Source: Schizochytrium sp. TIO01
Taxonomy: Eukaryota > Protista > Bigyra: Labyrinthulomycetes
Assembly (NCBI GenBank): GCA_004764695.1
Contig: SMSO01000004.1
Span: 1,798,001-1,862,000 of the forward strand
Length of the DNA stretch: 64,000 nucleotides
Direction of reading: 5' to 3'
A model generated the notes under the pieces. The model saw only the letters and a program-made list of their open reading frames with translations. It was not told the origin of the DNA and made no database searches. Each line of letters opens with the position of its first letter. The stretch's first letter is position 1. Shown here piece after piece: positions 49,304 through 62,000 of the stretch. Position numbers and translations under genes: made by a program.

Positions 49304-49820
49304 TTTCACCTCTCTCCAAGATGTCGTATTCGAAGCAGTTCTTGAACTCCTCACCAAATATAGTTTTACTCCCCTCGTCGCTCCTTGCCAAGGCACTTAC
49401 AATGGTCTAGTATCCCAAACTCCTTCTTCGCAAGTAGCCTATACAGCAGTTTAAGTAGACTTTGTGATATTGTTCAAGTAGACTTTTAAGTACTGCAAGA
49501 GATTCATTGCAAGTGTTAATGTTATTCCGATAGGTAGTAGCTAACTAGGCATACCTCTAGAGTCCCTCTTGAGATAAGAACGATGTTTTAAACATGAAAG
49601 AACAAAGGAATAATAGGAGGAGGAAAGGAGAGAGAGCAAGAAAGCTCTGGCGCAAAAGGTGCAAGTGAGAAATACGTGTGATAAAGTAGAGGGTATAAAG
49701 TAGGTTATAGATATGCAAGTAGACTATTTATTCATAGCTGACTTTTGAGAAGACGCCTGAAATGCAGCATAGAGCAGTGCTCGCAGGAGCAGAAGACGAA
49801 TTGAGCTCCAATCAGAAAGT

Positions 49821-50945
49821 ATGTCGTGGACAACCTTTGCGCTGCGTAGCGCCGCTCTCGGCCGCGGGAGGCTGGCAGGTGTCAATGCTGCCCGTCACGT
49901 CGGTCTTCAGCCAATCACTGGTATCCGTAGTGGCCTGATCCGCGCCGCTGGCGAGTCTAGGTGGCTGGCCACAAGCTCATCCCCGGAAAGCGCCACTAAC
50001 CTCAGCTCCAGCACTGTGACTCCGAGCTCTCCTGCTGCTGCGAACAGTACAGCTCCCACTGCTAAGTCCTCCCAGGTCGTTGACAAGGAAGGTGATATCA
50101 TCGTTGACCGTGCAGGGGAATCGTGGATCGCCAAGATTGACAGTGAGACTGGAAAGCTCTTCTACTACAATGAGAAGTCTTGGGAATCTCGCAACGAGCG
50201 CCCGCTCACTGCCCAAGACTCCGACTCCACATCTACACCGGCTGAGCGTGTGAAGCCCGAGTATGCTACTGACTGGCACGACCCTCAATACCCTGACTGG
50301 GTTCAATACATTGAGTTCCAGTCCAAGCGCGCTTACTACCACAACTTTGCCACAGGTGAGACCACTTGGTCGCCGCCTGATCAGCCAGAACTGGATGTGT
50401 TTAAGAAGGAGATCGAGGAAATGGCCACCAAGCTCACGGCGGTGCCAGATTCTGTGCCTTCTGCTCCGATCGGAAAGCGCTTTCTGGCCGGCGTCGTGGA
50501 CGCAGGAGCCTCTTTTGCAGCTGGATGCGCATTTGGCACGCTCGTGTACCTCGATATTGGCAACCTTATGGGCGCTGGTGCTTCCGTCAGTTTGTCAACA
50601 TGGGCTCTTTTTATGGGCAGGGATATGATCTTTGAGCGCGGAACCCGATCGCCTGGTAAGCGCCTACTCAAGCTTGAAATTGTGCGTACTGATGGCCAGC
50701 TTCCTTCCCGCTGGAACAACTTCTTTCGCCAGATCTACCTCCCGGTCTACCTTGGCTCTGTGTACTTGATGCCATACATCTTCTTCTTCTCCGCGGCTGA
50801 TCTGGGCGCCATGATGTTCACGTCTAAGCGCCAGCGCCTCGGTGACTTTATTGCACAGACTCGCGTCATCAACGAACAACCTGACCGTGAGTTCCGCCTT
50901 GACGAGAAGAGTCGCATTGACGACGAGGATGACGCCAAGGAGTAA
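49821..50945 (+). CDS. Putative mitochondrial WW-WW-RDD membrane protein
   Basis: Arg/Ala/Ser-rich, nearly acid-free N-terminal presequence. Two WW-like domains (WIAKIDSETGKLFYYNEKSWESRNERP; WVQYIEFQSKRAYYHNFATGETTWSPP). RDD motifs APIGKRFLAGVVD, SPGKRLLKLEIVRTDG and QRLGDFIAQTRVI. Confidence 0.8.
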   Translation: MSWTTFALRSAALGRGRLAGVNAARHVGLQPITGIRSGLIRAAGESRWLATSSSPESATNLSSSTVTPSSPAAANSTAPTAKSSQVVDKEGDIIVDRAGESWIAKIDSETGKLFYYNEKSWESRNERPLTAQDSDSTSTPAERVKPEYATDWHDPQYPDWVQYIEFQSKRAYYHNFATGETTWSPPDQPELDVFKKEIEEMATKLTAVPDSVPSAPIGKRFLAGVVDAGASFAAGCAFGTLVYLDIGNLMGAGASVSLSTWALFMGRDMIFERGTRSPGKRLLKLEIVRTDGQLPSRWNNFFRQIYLPVYLGSVYLMPYIFFFSAADLGAMMFTSKRQRLGDFIAQTRVINEQPDREFRLDEKSRIDDEDDAKE

Positions 50946-52147
50946 GATCTTCACAATCGTCTCTGCTGCTGCTTACCCTCGTATAGGTTATTTCAGCTAG
51001 CCACCCCTTGCTTCTAGCCATTTTTGGAGAATTCATTCCACTTCCCCTTTTCTCCAAATGATTTGGTTATACCAGGATGCCTGATGACAGAAAGTCCTTT
51101 GCATCGTATCCACAGAACCATCTTCCCATCTCTTGTCTCTGAAGCTTAGGCCCTTTTAGTTTTGGTCTCTCCTCCATCGCACGCGCTATTCAAACTCTGC
51201 CTGTACTTGTGAGATTCCGTGCTCATCACATATGCTGCGTTATCATTTCGTCATCATCACCACCTGCTCTTGTGCCAGCTTCTGTTTGCAAAATCCTCGT
51301 CCTGGGCCGCGGCGGGTTTTGCACAAGAAGAAAACAAAGAGGCAAGATTTAGTCTACTCACTCACTTTCTCTCTCCTAAACAAGCCACTTCTGCATGTAA
51401 CTCCTGATCACGAAGACGTGTGAGTTAGTGGCAATCATCGTTCAGTGTGTTTTGTTTCTCTCTATTGATAACACCCGTTTCCATCACAGACAACAGCAAC
51501 TACCAGATTCTTTTATGAAAACATACATCACAAGCATTTGAGCTTGTTTTTAGAAAAAAACACTCGATCGCTACGTTACTTTGCTGTTGCTGATGATTAA
51601 AACCACGGCACAGTGAAAAAACAAAAAAAACAAAAAAACAAGACATTCATATTTCAAACTCGAAAATAACGAAAAAGTAAACATAGACTATTTTGAAACT
51701 CTTTTTCCTCATGTTTCTTTCGTGTGCACTGCTTTGCGTAATTTTAAAGCACATGAGTCGCGCATGATATCCACTCTCTAAGGAAAGTGATATTATGGAC
51801 ATATCTTGCTTGTCACTGATTTCAGAAAGAATCAAGTCAACAAAGAGAGCATTAGGTGTAGTACTGCACTCATCAGATCGTCTTGCACAAACAAGAAAAT
51901 AAATTGTTGCAAAAATTCATGAAAAGTAGAACACAGAGAAACAACGACCTCCAAGGAAACGATTGATAACCAAATAGAAAAACAAAAGGGGGTTTAACAT
52001 GCGTTTTGCCTGTTTTCACTATGATGTAGGTTGTAGGATTAGAGCTGCTTAAAAAAATGTCGCTGTGTCCAATTTGCTTGCAAGAGTATTTTGTATTGAT
52101 TTTTTTTCTTCTTTTTTTCAGGGTAACGAGTTAGTGCTGCTAATGAT

Positions 52148-54117
52148 TTAGTAGCCATCACGCTGGCGCGGGGCAGCACGAATGGTCGAATCAACACGCA
52201 AAAGAGCCTCACTGGCCTCAGCAGCAGCTAGCAAAACATGCTCCTTGGCCTTAAAGCTCTCAAAGATACCGAGCTCACGCACATCACCAATGGTGCCGTT
52301 AACCATGTCCAAACCCATGGTGTTGCGACCCTCGTGATGGGCAACGCGGAGCTGGCTCACAAGGTCGGCAGAGTCGTAACCACCGTTATCAGCAATAGTG
52401 GCAGGAAGGGTGCGAAGAGCCTTGGCGAAGGCCTCCACTGCAAGAGCCTTCTTACCGGTGATGGTGGGTGCAATCTCATCTACTGCCTTAGCCATGAGCA
52501 TCTCAGCGCATCCTCCACCAAGAGTGACACGGGTCTCCTTAACTGTCTGGGAGAGCACAGCAAGGGCATCGTGCAGAGAACGCTCTGCCTCGTCCAAGAC
52601 GTGGGAGGACGCACCACGCAATACGACAGTGCAGGCCTTACCACTCTGCACACCAGAAAACTTGAGGAAGCGCTTCTCTCCAATCATGGTCTCCTCAATC
52701 AATTCAGCAGATCCAAGCATGATGTTCTCAGGCTGGTCAAAGGTCGAGGTCAGCTCAGCGCCAGTTACAGTGGACAGACGCTCAACACCATCGAAGTCAG
52801 CGTGCTCAATGCACATCACACCGGCCTCGGCAAACAACGACGCCGGCCAGTCGTACACAAGCTGACGGTTAATGAATACATTACATCCAGACTTGAGGAT
52901 CTTCTGCACCTTAGCCTTCATTTTCTGCTTTTCCGCCTCCTCAATCTCAGCCACGGCATCCATAGAGTCAACCTTGACGCGCGAGCCGTAGATCTTGACC
53001 TTATCAGTATCCATAGGGGTGTTCGCAACCATAATCTTGGCCTTCTCGACACGCTTGGGCTGACCAACGCCGATCTTGAGGTCCGCGAGGAAGCCCTCGT
53101 CGAGGAAGGACTGTTCAAGGCTTCCACCGAGCACCTTGATAACTTGGATCAGGTTCAAGTCAGTGCTGCCGCCAAGGCGAAGCACGGCATCAACAGCGAG
53201 GTTGGCGAAGCGGTCCTTATCCTTGTTGAGCAATTTGCTAGAAAGAGTTGTACGGGCAATGTTGAGAAGGTCGGCACGGAATGCTTCCTTGTCATCGGCG
53301 TTATCGACGGCGCTGTCCACAAGGGCCTGGCGAGCAGCGGCCACGGCAAGACGCCAACCGTCACAAATGGTCATCGGGTGAACACGCTGGTGGATGAGCT
53401 GCTCGGCCTCACGGAGAAGCTCGCCGGCAAGAACAACGACAGAGGTGGTGCCATCACCAACCTCGTCATCCTGGGAGCGGCTCATATCGACAAGAACCTT
53501 GGCAGCCGGGTTGTCAATGTGAATAGAGCTAAGAATAGTTGCACCTGTGTCATGTGATCATAAATTACCCATTTTCCATCAGTGCAGACAGGACATTGAG
53601 ACAGTTGTTGATCAATGTAGTTTAAGCAGCAGAATATGCATTTTAAGAATCGTGTGTATGCGTGTGGCAAATCAAGAGCGTTCAAGAGAGTTAGTATTCA
53701 GATTACGCTGATTTTAATCACCCAAGTATCTCCAACCGTCAAAGTCTAAAGATATTCCATTCCACATATGTACTCGGTGAGCACAGACAGAGTAGTCCTT
53801 CCCTATCTCCAACCGGAGGAGCAGATGTAGTTGATTAAAGGACCCTTCGTATTTGCCTCAAAGGATGCCACATTTGAAAACGCGTGTAGACATAAAGAGG
53901 GCCTGAGAGGCTGGTTTCTTGCAAACTTACCGTCATTTGTGATGTTCATGGTGTCCGGGTTGGACATGCTCTGGAGGATCTTGTCCATACCCTTGGGGCC
54001 CAAAGTGGACTTTACGAGGTCGCTGATAGCAATAGCACCCACAAAAGAGCTAAGACGCGAGTTTTCGCCCTTGTCGATCATCGACTCGGCGCTCAGTACG
54101 CTGTTAGGGTCCGCCAT
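52148..54117 (-). CDS. CCT2: T-complex protein 1 subunit beta; exons 54117-53931 and 53544-52148, 527 aa
   Basis: Exon 1 reads ...[30 protein letters not shown]...ITNDG. The GT-AG intron at 53930-53545 (gtaagt...acacag) restores ITNDG-ATIL. Exon 2 has [12 protein letters not shown] and [21 protein letters not shown]. Spliced length is 1584 nt, in frame. Confidence 0.96.
53545..53930 (-). other. Spliceosomal intron of CCT2 (386 nt)
   Basis: GTAAGT donor and CAG acceptor; removal joins the conserved TNDGATIL motif. Confidence 0.93.
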
Positions 54118-56134
54118 GGTCTCTCTCCTTTCGTACGGTCCGACGAAGAAGCACAACTACAAGCACACGAAGAGCGTGAAGTGCAGCGAGGTCTCTCCGC
54201 AGAACAGTTACTGTCGGAGCCGGAGAAGCAGAAGCGAAGTGACGTCGAGCTGCGAAAGCGCTTCAACGTTTGAGTGAATGGATGAACTTTGACTAAACTA
54301 AAAGAAAAAGAAGAAGAAGAAGAATGCGCTCTGTTTGATCGAAAATCCCTTCGGAAGAATCGATCCTTCGCGGCTGAAAGTCTATTGAGAGCCTTGAGGA
54401 CAAGACTTCAAAGCTAAAACGACCCAGCAGGCGGTGCGGAGGGCAGTGGAAGAGGCGAGAACTCGCAGCTTGACCGGTAATCGATCAGAGTCTATAGTCC
54501 GCGCAGCTGCGCCTTCTTGATCCTTTCCATCAAAAAGCATGAGAAAAACTTTTTTTTCACATATCGTGCCCTATCATGGCCAAGCAAAATAAAACAAAAT
54601 CATAATAAAAGAATAATCATAAACTCAGGTAGGTAACCAAACAAACAAACAGACACAGAAATCCTTGCAAAAAAAAGAGATAAAGCAGCAAGCAACAGCC
54701 GTTTATCCCGTCTCTTCTCTTCAAGACAACCATCCCAATCCCCAAGTGAGAAGCAAGCAAGCAAGAAAAGCAAGCCCCTCTTCCCTTCTCTTCTCTCGCC
54801 TCATCTCACCTTATCAATCATAAACAAATTAACGAGAGCCCACAGAGAGAGACTCCTAAGGACCTCTTAACCTTTTGACTAGCAGACGGACAGCCCGCCA
54901 TCACCATTGTCGGCACTACGGGCAACCGTCGATGGCGTTCCAGAAGTTCTGACAGTCTCGAAGAACTATTACCGGACCGGGGAGAGGCTCCTTCAAGGGC
55001 GAAGACACTGGGTCTTGTGTTTCTAACGGGCGAGCGTTAGGCTTTTAATCTTTTTACTACCGAGCTAGGTACAACTGGTATGGGGCCCTCAAGTTGCTTC
55101 TTCGTTTCATTTTGTGTTATGTAGTGAAAAACGTTGGTAGACGCTACCAACGTAAGGATGACCACGATCCGGTAGAAGGACTTCGAGGTCTGGTAGAAAT
55201 GCGTTGCGGAGACAAGTCAGTTCTTGAAAATGTGAACAATTGAGAAGGAGATCCTGTGAGGCTAGGTTAGAACTGAAAATGACGGTAAAATGCGGGGAAA
55301 TTTAGAGTGAATAAGATCACGATGAACTTTTTGTTGTGAAACAAAGCGTCGAGGACGATTTAATTTGCATTTCTTTACTGGTAAATTAGGAACCGGGAGT
55401 CATTTGCGTGGAAGAAAAGATGTTAGATGTTTTTTAGTCTGTGCAGTGTAGACATAGATGTTAGGTATTGAAATGCAGTATCTGTGTGATTAGCTTTTCC
55501 CAATGAAATAAAGCGAAGAAGAGACGCAGTTCACTGCGATCAGATAACCTTGAATCGACCCACACGATAGAGTTTGATGGGAAATTATTTTTGCAACAAT
55601 ATCTGCTCGAGTAAGTTCCATTCTAGCCCATTCCTCTATTATCCTCGTCTTAACAGCTACAGGAAATCATGACCCTGCCCACCATCATCCAGACTCCTAA
55701 AAAAGCCAGCAGCTATTGCGAAGATACCACCTTGATAACAATCATGTTCATGTATCCTTTTCAGGATAATGTAAGTTAATCTTTAATGTGTTTTAGTTTT
55801 TAGATAACTAAAGAATTAATTTGGAAATTCAATTGTGGGAGCGGCTTAATTGTAACCCCCTTAACACAACAATATTGGGAAAGCAGAGAAGCTGGTTCAG
55901 CATTGAACCAATTTTAATGATGAAGGCGCACGTAAATTCCCTCTTGTTTAATCTTTTCTACGTGCCTTCGCACTAGTGACGGCATTATAATATTGTGCTA
56001 AGCAATTCTTGCCACGATGTGGTCAGTCCCACATGGATAAAAATATAACAGAGATATAAGTCTAGACATATGCATGGCAGTATTATTTCTAAAAAAATCG
56101 ATGTTCTAACAATTAGTGTATAGAGGTCAAATGC

Positions 56135-56719
56135 CTAAAAGGCAGTCCGCAGGAGATCAGCCGGAGTAATGTCAAGATGAAACGTAAGAAATATCTGGCC
56201 TACGAAGATGCTAAAGTGCCAAAGCGAGTGGTATACGCTATAGCATTCTTCTTGATGGTGCTTAAACCAAAAGGCGAGGCAGACCAAAAAGAAGGCCATG
56301 ACAACACCAGGGCCCGAAAGCCGCGGGAGCATTGGTGGGGCGGTGCCTGCAAAAGCGACTACAGCAGCAATCTTGTCAGCAACGAGATGCCAGTGCACCT
56401 TTTCAGAGTACAGGTGGTATAGTAGTGACATGCAAGCACTGAAAATGATCGAGCTAGCCGCAAAGTTAAACCCGTTGATGTGATACACGTAAGCAGGGAT
56501 GACCATAATGAAATTAGTCCACATCAGTGCTTCGGTACAGCTCCTACGGTCATGGCAATGCATGTGAATCTGCTCTTCCTTATAGGCGCGCTTAATATCG
56601 CTCCACAATGATGTCATGTTTCCTGTTGCCTCGCGCATTCCATCATGGACAAACTGCTGCCCGCGTTGAAACGCAGACTGATGCCAGACAGTAGCCGGTG
56701 CACTCTGAGACGCACTCAT
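56135..56719 (-). CDS. Small multi-pass membrane protein with CREST-superfamily-like metal-binding motifs (TMEM8/PAQR/alkaline-ceramidase-like)
   Basis: First ATG at 56719. About 5 hydrophobic helices. SxxxH (MSLLYH), Asp (VADK) and HxxxH (YHSLWH) occur in CREST order. Confidence 0.6.
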   Translation of the reverse strand: MSASQSAPATVWHQSAFQRGQQFVHDGMREATGNMTSLWSDIKRAYKEEQIHMHCHDRRSCTEALMWTNFIMVIPAYVYHINGFNFAASSIIFSACMSLLYHLYSEKVHWHLVADKIAAVVAFAGTAPPMLPRLSGPGVVMAFFLVCLAFWFKHHQEECYSVYHSLWHFSIFVGQIFLTFHLDITPADLLRTAF

Positions 56720-58484
56720 TGCAGTTGTCCCGTTTTCTGTTGGGGTTGCTTGACACAATCGAAAGTGCTTTGATTCGTAGCCTCAGCCAATGTGGTGACA
56801 CCCTGTCGATTGGTTTCACCTACAGTTCGTGACACAGTGTCAGTTCCAGTTCTCATTTGATTCTCTCTTTTTCAACCTAGACCCGGTGTGTGATTTTGTT
56901 GTTACAACACCATTAAAGAAACAGGGAGCCTGGCGACTCGAATTAACAACCCACCAGCTAGCGTTATAGCCTGCATAGAGCCTTATTCTATCAAGAACAG
57001 CATGAAGAGCGTGTACTCCACACACAAAAATTGCGCCTCCCCCACTCATTGATTATTATTTTTTTGCGACAGATCTCAGGACAGAAAAACCTGCACTTCC
57101 GTTTCACAAGAATAACCATGGATCTCTTGTGTCTCAAACATAATGGTAGTTCTAGCCCCTGGCCTTCAAAGGATTTGTTTTGCTTGCTCATTGAGCTTTC
57201 GTACTCTAGAGTACAACGCAAGCTAGCTAGCCTCCGTCTCAGCGATGCCGACGCCCTTCGTCTCAGTTCTATGCTTCAGCTACACCCACAAAACAATCCA
57301 ACCCAACAAGCTTAAGAACTCGCAACTTACACAAAAGCTCGCCACCACAAGTTCTAGACGTCCACGCAAGACACATCCAAGTTTGTGTTCTGCGAGTGCT
57401 TTGCAGTGCTTGTGCGCTTGTCGCTTGTCTATTTAGGATGGCTGCGACGAATGCGAATTCCTGTTATATGCTAATGGCTTGCTTTCGCTAGTAAAAAGCA
57501 TAAGAGTACACTTACTTAGAATATCTACTACAGTATTTGGTAGTCGATCATTAGTAGCCATTCTCCTGGTAAGCACTGACTATGTGCGCTGAGCCAAAGT
57601 GCGCAACGCACTTTTATAGACCGAGTTATTTGTGCTCTGATATAATAGGTCTTTATTTAAAAATGGTCCAGCGAATTCATCAATTTCCCCACCCCGTGGC
57701 AGCTTCTCTATAGTTGGCGGACAGCTCGAGATTACTTGCCATTGTACACGGAAGGGTGGAGAACTCGGGCACCCGCACCAAAGCAACCAAGTCAAGGCCA
57801 AAGGATTCAATGGAGAGACAGATGCAAAATAAATTTACAGGCGAAGTTGGAATCTTAATGTCAGACCGAATTGGTGAAGCTTGCAATACCTTCTGAGAGC
57901 TCAGACAGCGGACTATATTCGCGTTTTCGTTGCCATGGTCAACAATGCTCTCGTACGTATTAAATAGTTTTGAAGACGCAGTATTCAAGCTTGTCGGTCT
58001 CAATGAGATAGACGTTTGCTGGAATAAGCCCAAACATCTTCTTCATCAGCATATCACTGTAGTTTTATGATGCTTCTTTTCACATCAAGTTTCTAATTCC
58101 TTGCAAAGGAAACGTCCGTAAGCCATTCTCAAAGCATCAGGACCACGACTTCTCTACGATACCCTGAACCTCGTGACCAAGCCTGAGGAAGCAGAATAAG
58201 AATACCACGCCAAAGCCACTTTTGTAACTGTTATATTCGTTCGTCCCTATGCTAAGCAAGCAAGTAAGAAAGCATTCAATCATTTATTCACAACCGTGCA
58301 GAAAGAGCGTATATTGCACTGTATGGTCTCCCTTACTATGGGGAAAACGATCTATAACCCATTTGTAAGCTTTTACTCTACTGTATGGGGCCAGTAGAAA
58401 ATCGATAAAAAGGCCACTCAAAACGTAATACGATCCCACTCCGTCTCGAGTTTTTGCACGACACTAGACGGAGAACTGCATAGC

Positions 58485-58620
58485 TGCTGCCGAGGCCGCA
58501 GGTAGGCCGTGCAGGGAGGCGCCGCGAAGCAGGTGAGCTCCGGAGGGTGTAGCTGTAGCACGCAAGGCCCTCCAGCACCCGAACCCGCGCTGGGGGGGGT
58601 AAGCGGATCCGCAAAGCTAG
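58485..58620 (+). promoter_or_regulatory. GC-rich island upstream of the kinase, with a possible 5'-UTR intron
   Basis: GC-rich block with donor-like cag|gtagg, cag|gtgag and ggg|gtaag (58599), and an acceptor-like ttgctttgtgcag ending at 59017. Inferred only. Confidence 0.35.
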
Positions 58621-59070
58621 CTGTCCGGCGTTTTGTGCGTACTATTTTAGCCAAATACACATATATCATCTGTGCGTAAATATTAGCCTAGATAGATTGG
58701 TTTGCATGCGCACGTGCATGCACGTGGAGAAGAGCAAACATTTATTGAGAACGCCTTAAGGCACAGCAAATCAAAGGGACTAGCGATATAGTTTAGATTT
58801 TTTAGGTGATTTGACCAAAACTCTGAACAAGAGAGATTGCACGACTTGCTAGAAGAATCGAAATCTAAACTTTTGCGAGGTATTGACCGGAGATCGTGAG
58901 GCCTGAGTAGTTTCTTCGGACTCTACACTATAGTGGGCAGGCGATTTGCATCAGATCCTTAACTGGATTAAACCTAGCTGCACAGGACTTCCAGATATCT
59001 TTGATTGCTTTGTGCAGATCTGCGTCAAGGGGCTTTGAGGAAAGGCCAAAACTTCGCGAGCTGTGAGACC

Positions 59071-62000
59071 ATGGTACACATTCCCGGCCCTAGGGTTGGG
59101 CAAAAGATTAGCGAAAAGTACACGCTCGGAGAGGAGATTGGCCGTGGTGGATTTGGCACTGTCTTCGCATGTCGAAACTCTGAGACTGGTGAGACAGTCG
59201 CTGTGAAACGTATTGGCTTACGGAATCTTAACAAAGAGAGTTTACGACTTATCGAAGAGGAGGTCTCCTTGCTAAAAAAGCTTGATCATCCTAATATTGT
59301 CAAGTACATTGATACTGTGCGCACCAATGACCATCTGCATATTGTTCTGGAATATATGGAGAATGGTTCTCTCGCACGTAATCTTAAGCTATTTGGTGCT
59401 CTGTCGCAAAGTCTATGCGCACTATACATTCGACAGGTACTTAACGGTCTTGCATATTTACATGACCAGGGTGTAATTCATCGTGACATTAAAGGTGCTA
59501 ATATTCTAACTACCAAACAAGGATACGTAAAGCTTGCAGATTTCGGTGTTGCAACTCACACATCTGCCCAAAGTAATGATGTGGTGGGTACACCATATTG
59601 GATGGCACCAGAAATTATTGAGATTTCCGGTCCAACGACTGCTTGTGATATTTGGAGTGTTGGCTGTACAATTATTGAGTTGCTTACGCTTAAACCTCCT
59701 TATTTCGACATTCCGCCAATGGCAGCGCTTTACCGTATTGTGCAAGACGAGCATCCGCCTCTGCCAGAAGGTTTAAGCCCAGCTTTGCGCGACTTTTTAC
59801 TTCTGTGTTTCAAGAAAGAGCCTCGCTTGCGTAGTACAGCAAAAGATTTATTGCGACATCGGTGGGTTCTCAAGACACGGGGCTTACAGCAGCCTCAGTT
59901 TTCAGATGATAATGATGAAGGTGGCGCTCTCTCTAGTGACGGTCTCGAAGACCCTGGTCCCCCGAGTCCTAATGCAGTGGATATGGGTGGTCCTGCAGAA
60001 GCTGTTGAAGACGAAAAGGCTGCCCGAAAGCTTGGACAACGCACGTCTCGAACAAACAAACGTGTTTCATCAGAGCAGAGATCGAGATGGCGTAAATCCG
60101 TCATGAACACCATCCGTCTTTCTGAAGCACAGCGTGCAGCAGGTCTCCTGGAAGCGCAAAACGAACTTGAGCGTAGTAAGCAACAACAACAACAACAACA
60201 ACAAGGCAAGCCTGCTGATGATGCAAGACCATCCAAGGCACACCAGCATAATGAAGAGGATGATGATGATGATGAAGAGGATGATGAAGAAGAAGACTGG
60301 AACAAGTGGGACCAAAGTGACTTGCGTGACGCAGCAAACCGAGGTCGGCAGCAGTCAAAAAAACATTTGGTTGGGACTGGCTCTGGCAAGGTTCGTGGTA
60401 AGCAAGGCGCGGGTGACGAGGAGCGGAGTGCTGAGGCCGATGATGAAGATGACGATGATGATGACGACGACGACGACGATGATGATGATGATTCTGATGA
60501 CCTTGATTTCGGGTTCAATGAGATCCAAGACCCTGAGGCTGGTCAAAAGATCAGAGAGGAGTTTCGTGCGATGATGGGCAGCCGGTCAAGTGGTAAGCAG
60601 TCTTCTACACACAATCAGGTTCACCCGGGAGACTTGAATATGGGAGACGTAGACTTGGATGATTTAGACGGGGCCTTCGGAGAAGATGCAGATGTTAAAC
60701 CTCTTACTCAGGAGCTCAATAAACCAGCACTAGAAAACGGTACTTTAACATTGGAGTCTCGCCTTGCCCGGTTTCGTGAGTCGGATATGGGCGAGGAAGA
60801 CTTCATGGACTTTGGTGTTGGAACCACAAGATCGATTTCATCCCGTACTGACACGGCCGGTTCGGATGTTCTTGAAGTACTTCGTCGGCGAATGACTATT
60901 GCCCAAGACCCCAGTGCTGCCCCTCGTGGCGGTGGTGGTAGTGGAAAGTCTGCAAGCTTGTATGGTAGCCAGCAAGGTGCTGGCCTGGGCGGGCTTGGCG
61001 ATAGCTCGCGCGATGCGGACCCGTTTTTGGACGAATTCTTTGAAGAGGAGGATGATGAACGCGATTTTCTTGAAGACGCTGGGCGCAGCCTGGAAGCTCA
61101 GCACTCTCAGCAGGTGGAAAAACTTATCTCTTTGTTAAGACCTGATCAAGATGACGAGGTTGTTTTGAGTGCTTGCGCAAAGTTGACCACGCTTTTCCGC
61201 GAGCAACCTGCCCAGCGTCGCACTTTGCTAACTCACCACGGCGTCATCCCTATTATGGACATGCTGGAAATGTCGAACACCAAAGTTTTGCATGCAGTTC
61301 TCAAGGTTGTGGGTCAAATTATTGAGAACGACCGAGAGTTTCAAGAACTACTCTCGCTTGCCGGGCTCATTCCTATAGTTGCAAAATTTTGCCGTCCATC
61401 TGTGAGTCGTCCCATCCGTCTTCAGGCAGCATCTTTGGTGCGTCAATTTCTCAAAACTAGTGGGGTCACCCTTCAGATGTTCGTCGCCTGTGGTGGTTTG
61501 CCTGTTCTAGCTGGGCTTCTTGTTCCTTGCACTTCACCAACAGAGACTCCTGAGGTTGCAAGCTTGCGTGCTGCTCTCGGAGTAGGACAACAAGTTCCAG
61601 ATATTGCACTTGCTTGTGTCGCTGTCGAGGGCATCAAGCGTGTGTTTGAACTCAGTGCAATTGGCTCAAGTCGCGGAACCATCCCGAAAAATGATTTCTG
61701 TCGACTTTTTGCAAAAGAAGGTGTCTTGCGGCAGCTTGTGTCACTTCTCGAGCACTGTCGTAGTCCAAAAGGTGAGGCCGAATGCGCTAAACTTGGCTTT
61801 GAGGCTTCGAGCTTGATCACTGATATTTGCGACATGCTTCTGGTATTCTCCCATGGTGATAGCGTAGTGAAGCAGCACTTCGCAGACACAGCAGTACTTG
61901 AGGGTATCCTGAGAACTCTCACACTCGAGGCTCCTTTCTTTCACCAACCTAATCACGGTGCTCTTCATGGTGCAAAGCGTCTTGAAGGGCATGCAGATAG

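Noticed and set aside
52238-53557. 439-aa + strand ORF antisense to CCT2
   Set aside because: Shadow ORF expected from the codon bias of a highly expressed gene; no recognisable motifs.
54880-55230. RNase P/MRP RNA (agaagttctgac ... acaagtcagttct resembles CR-I/CR-V)
   Set aside because: The P4 pairing would need a 3-nt bulge and the other conserved regions were not found.
58485-58620. SRP RNA helix 8 (cagg...agcag)
   Set aside because: No GNRA tetraloop or correct stem spacing; better explained as a promoter/5'-UTR island.
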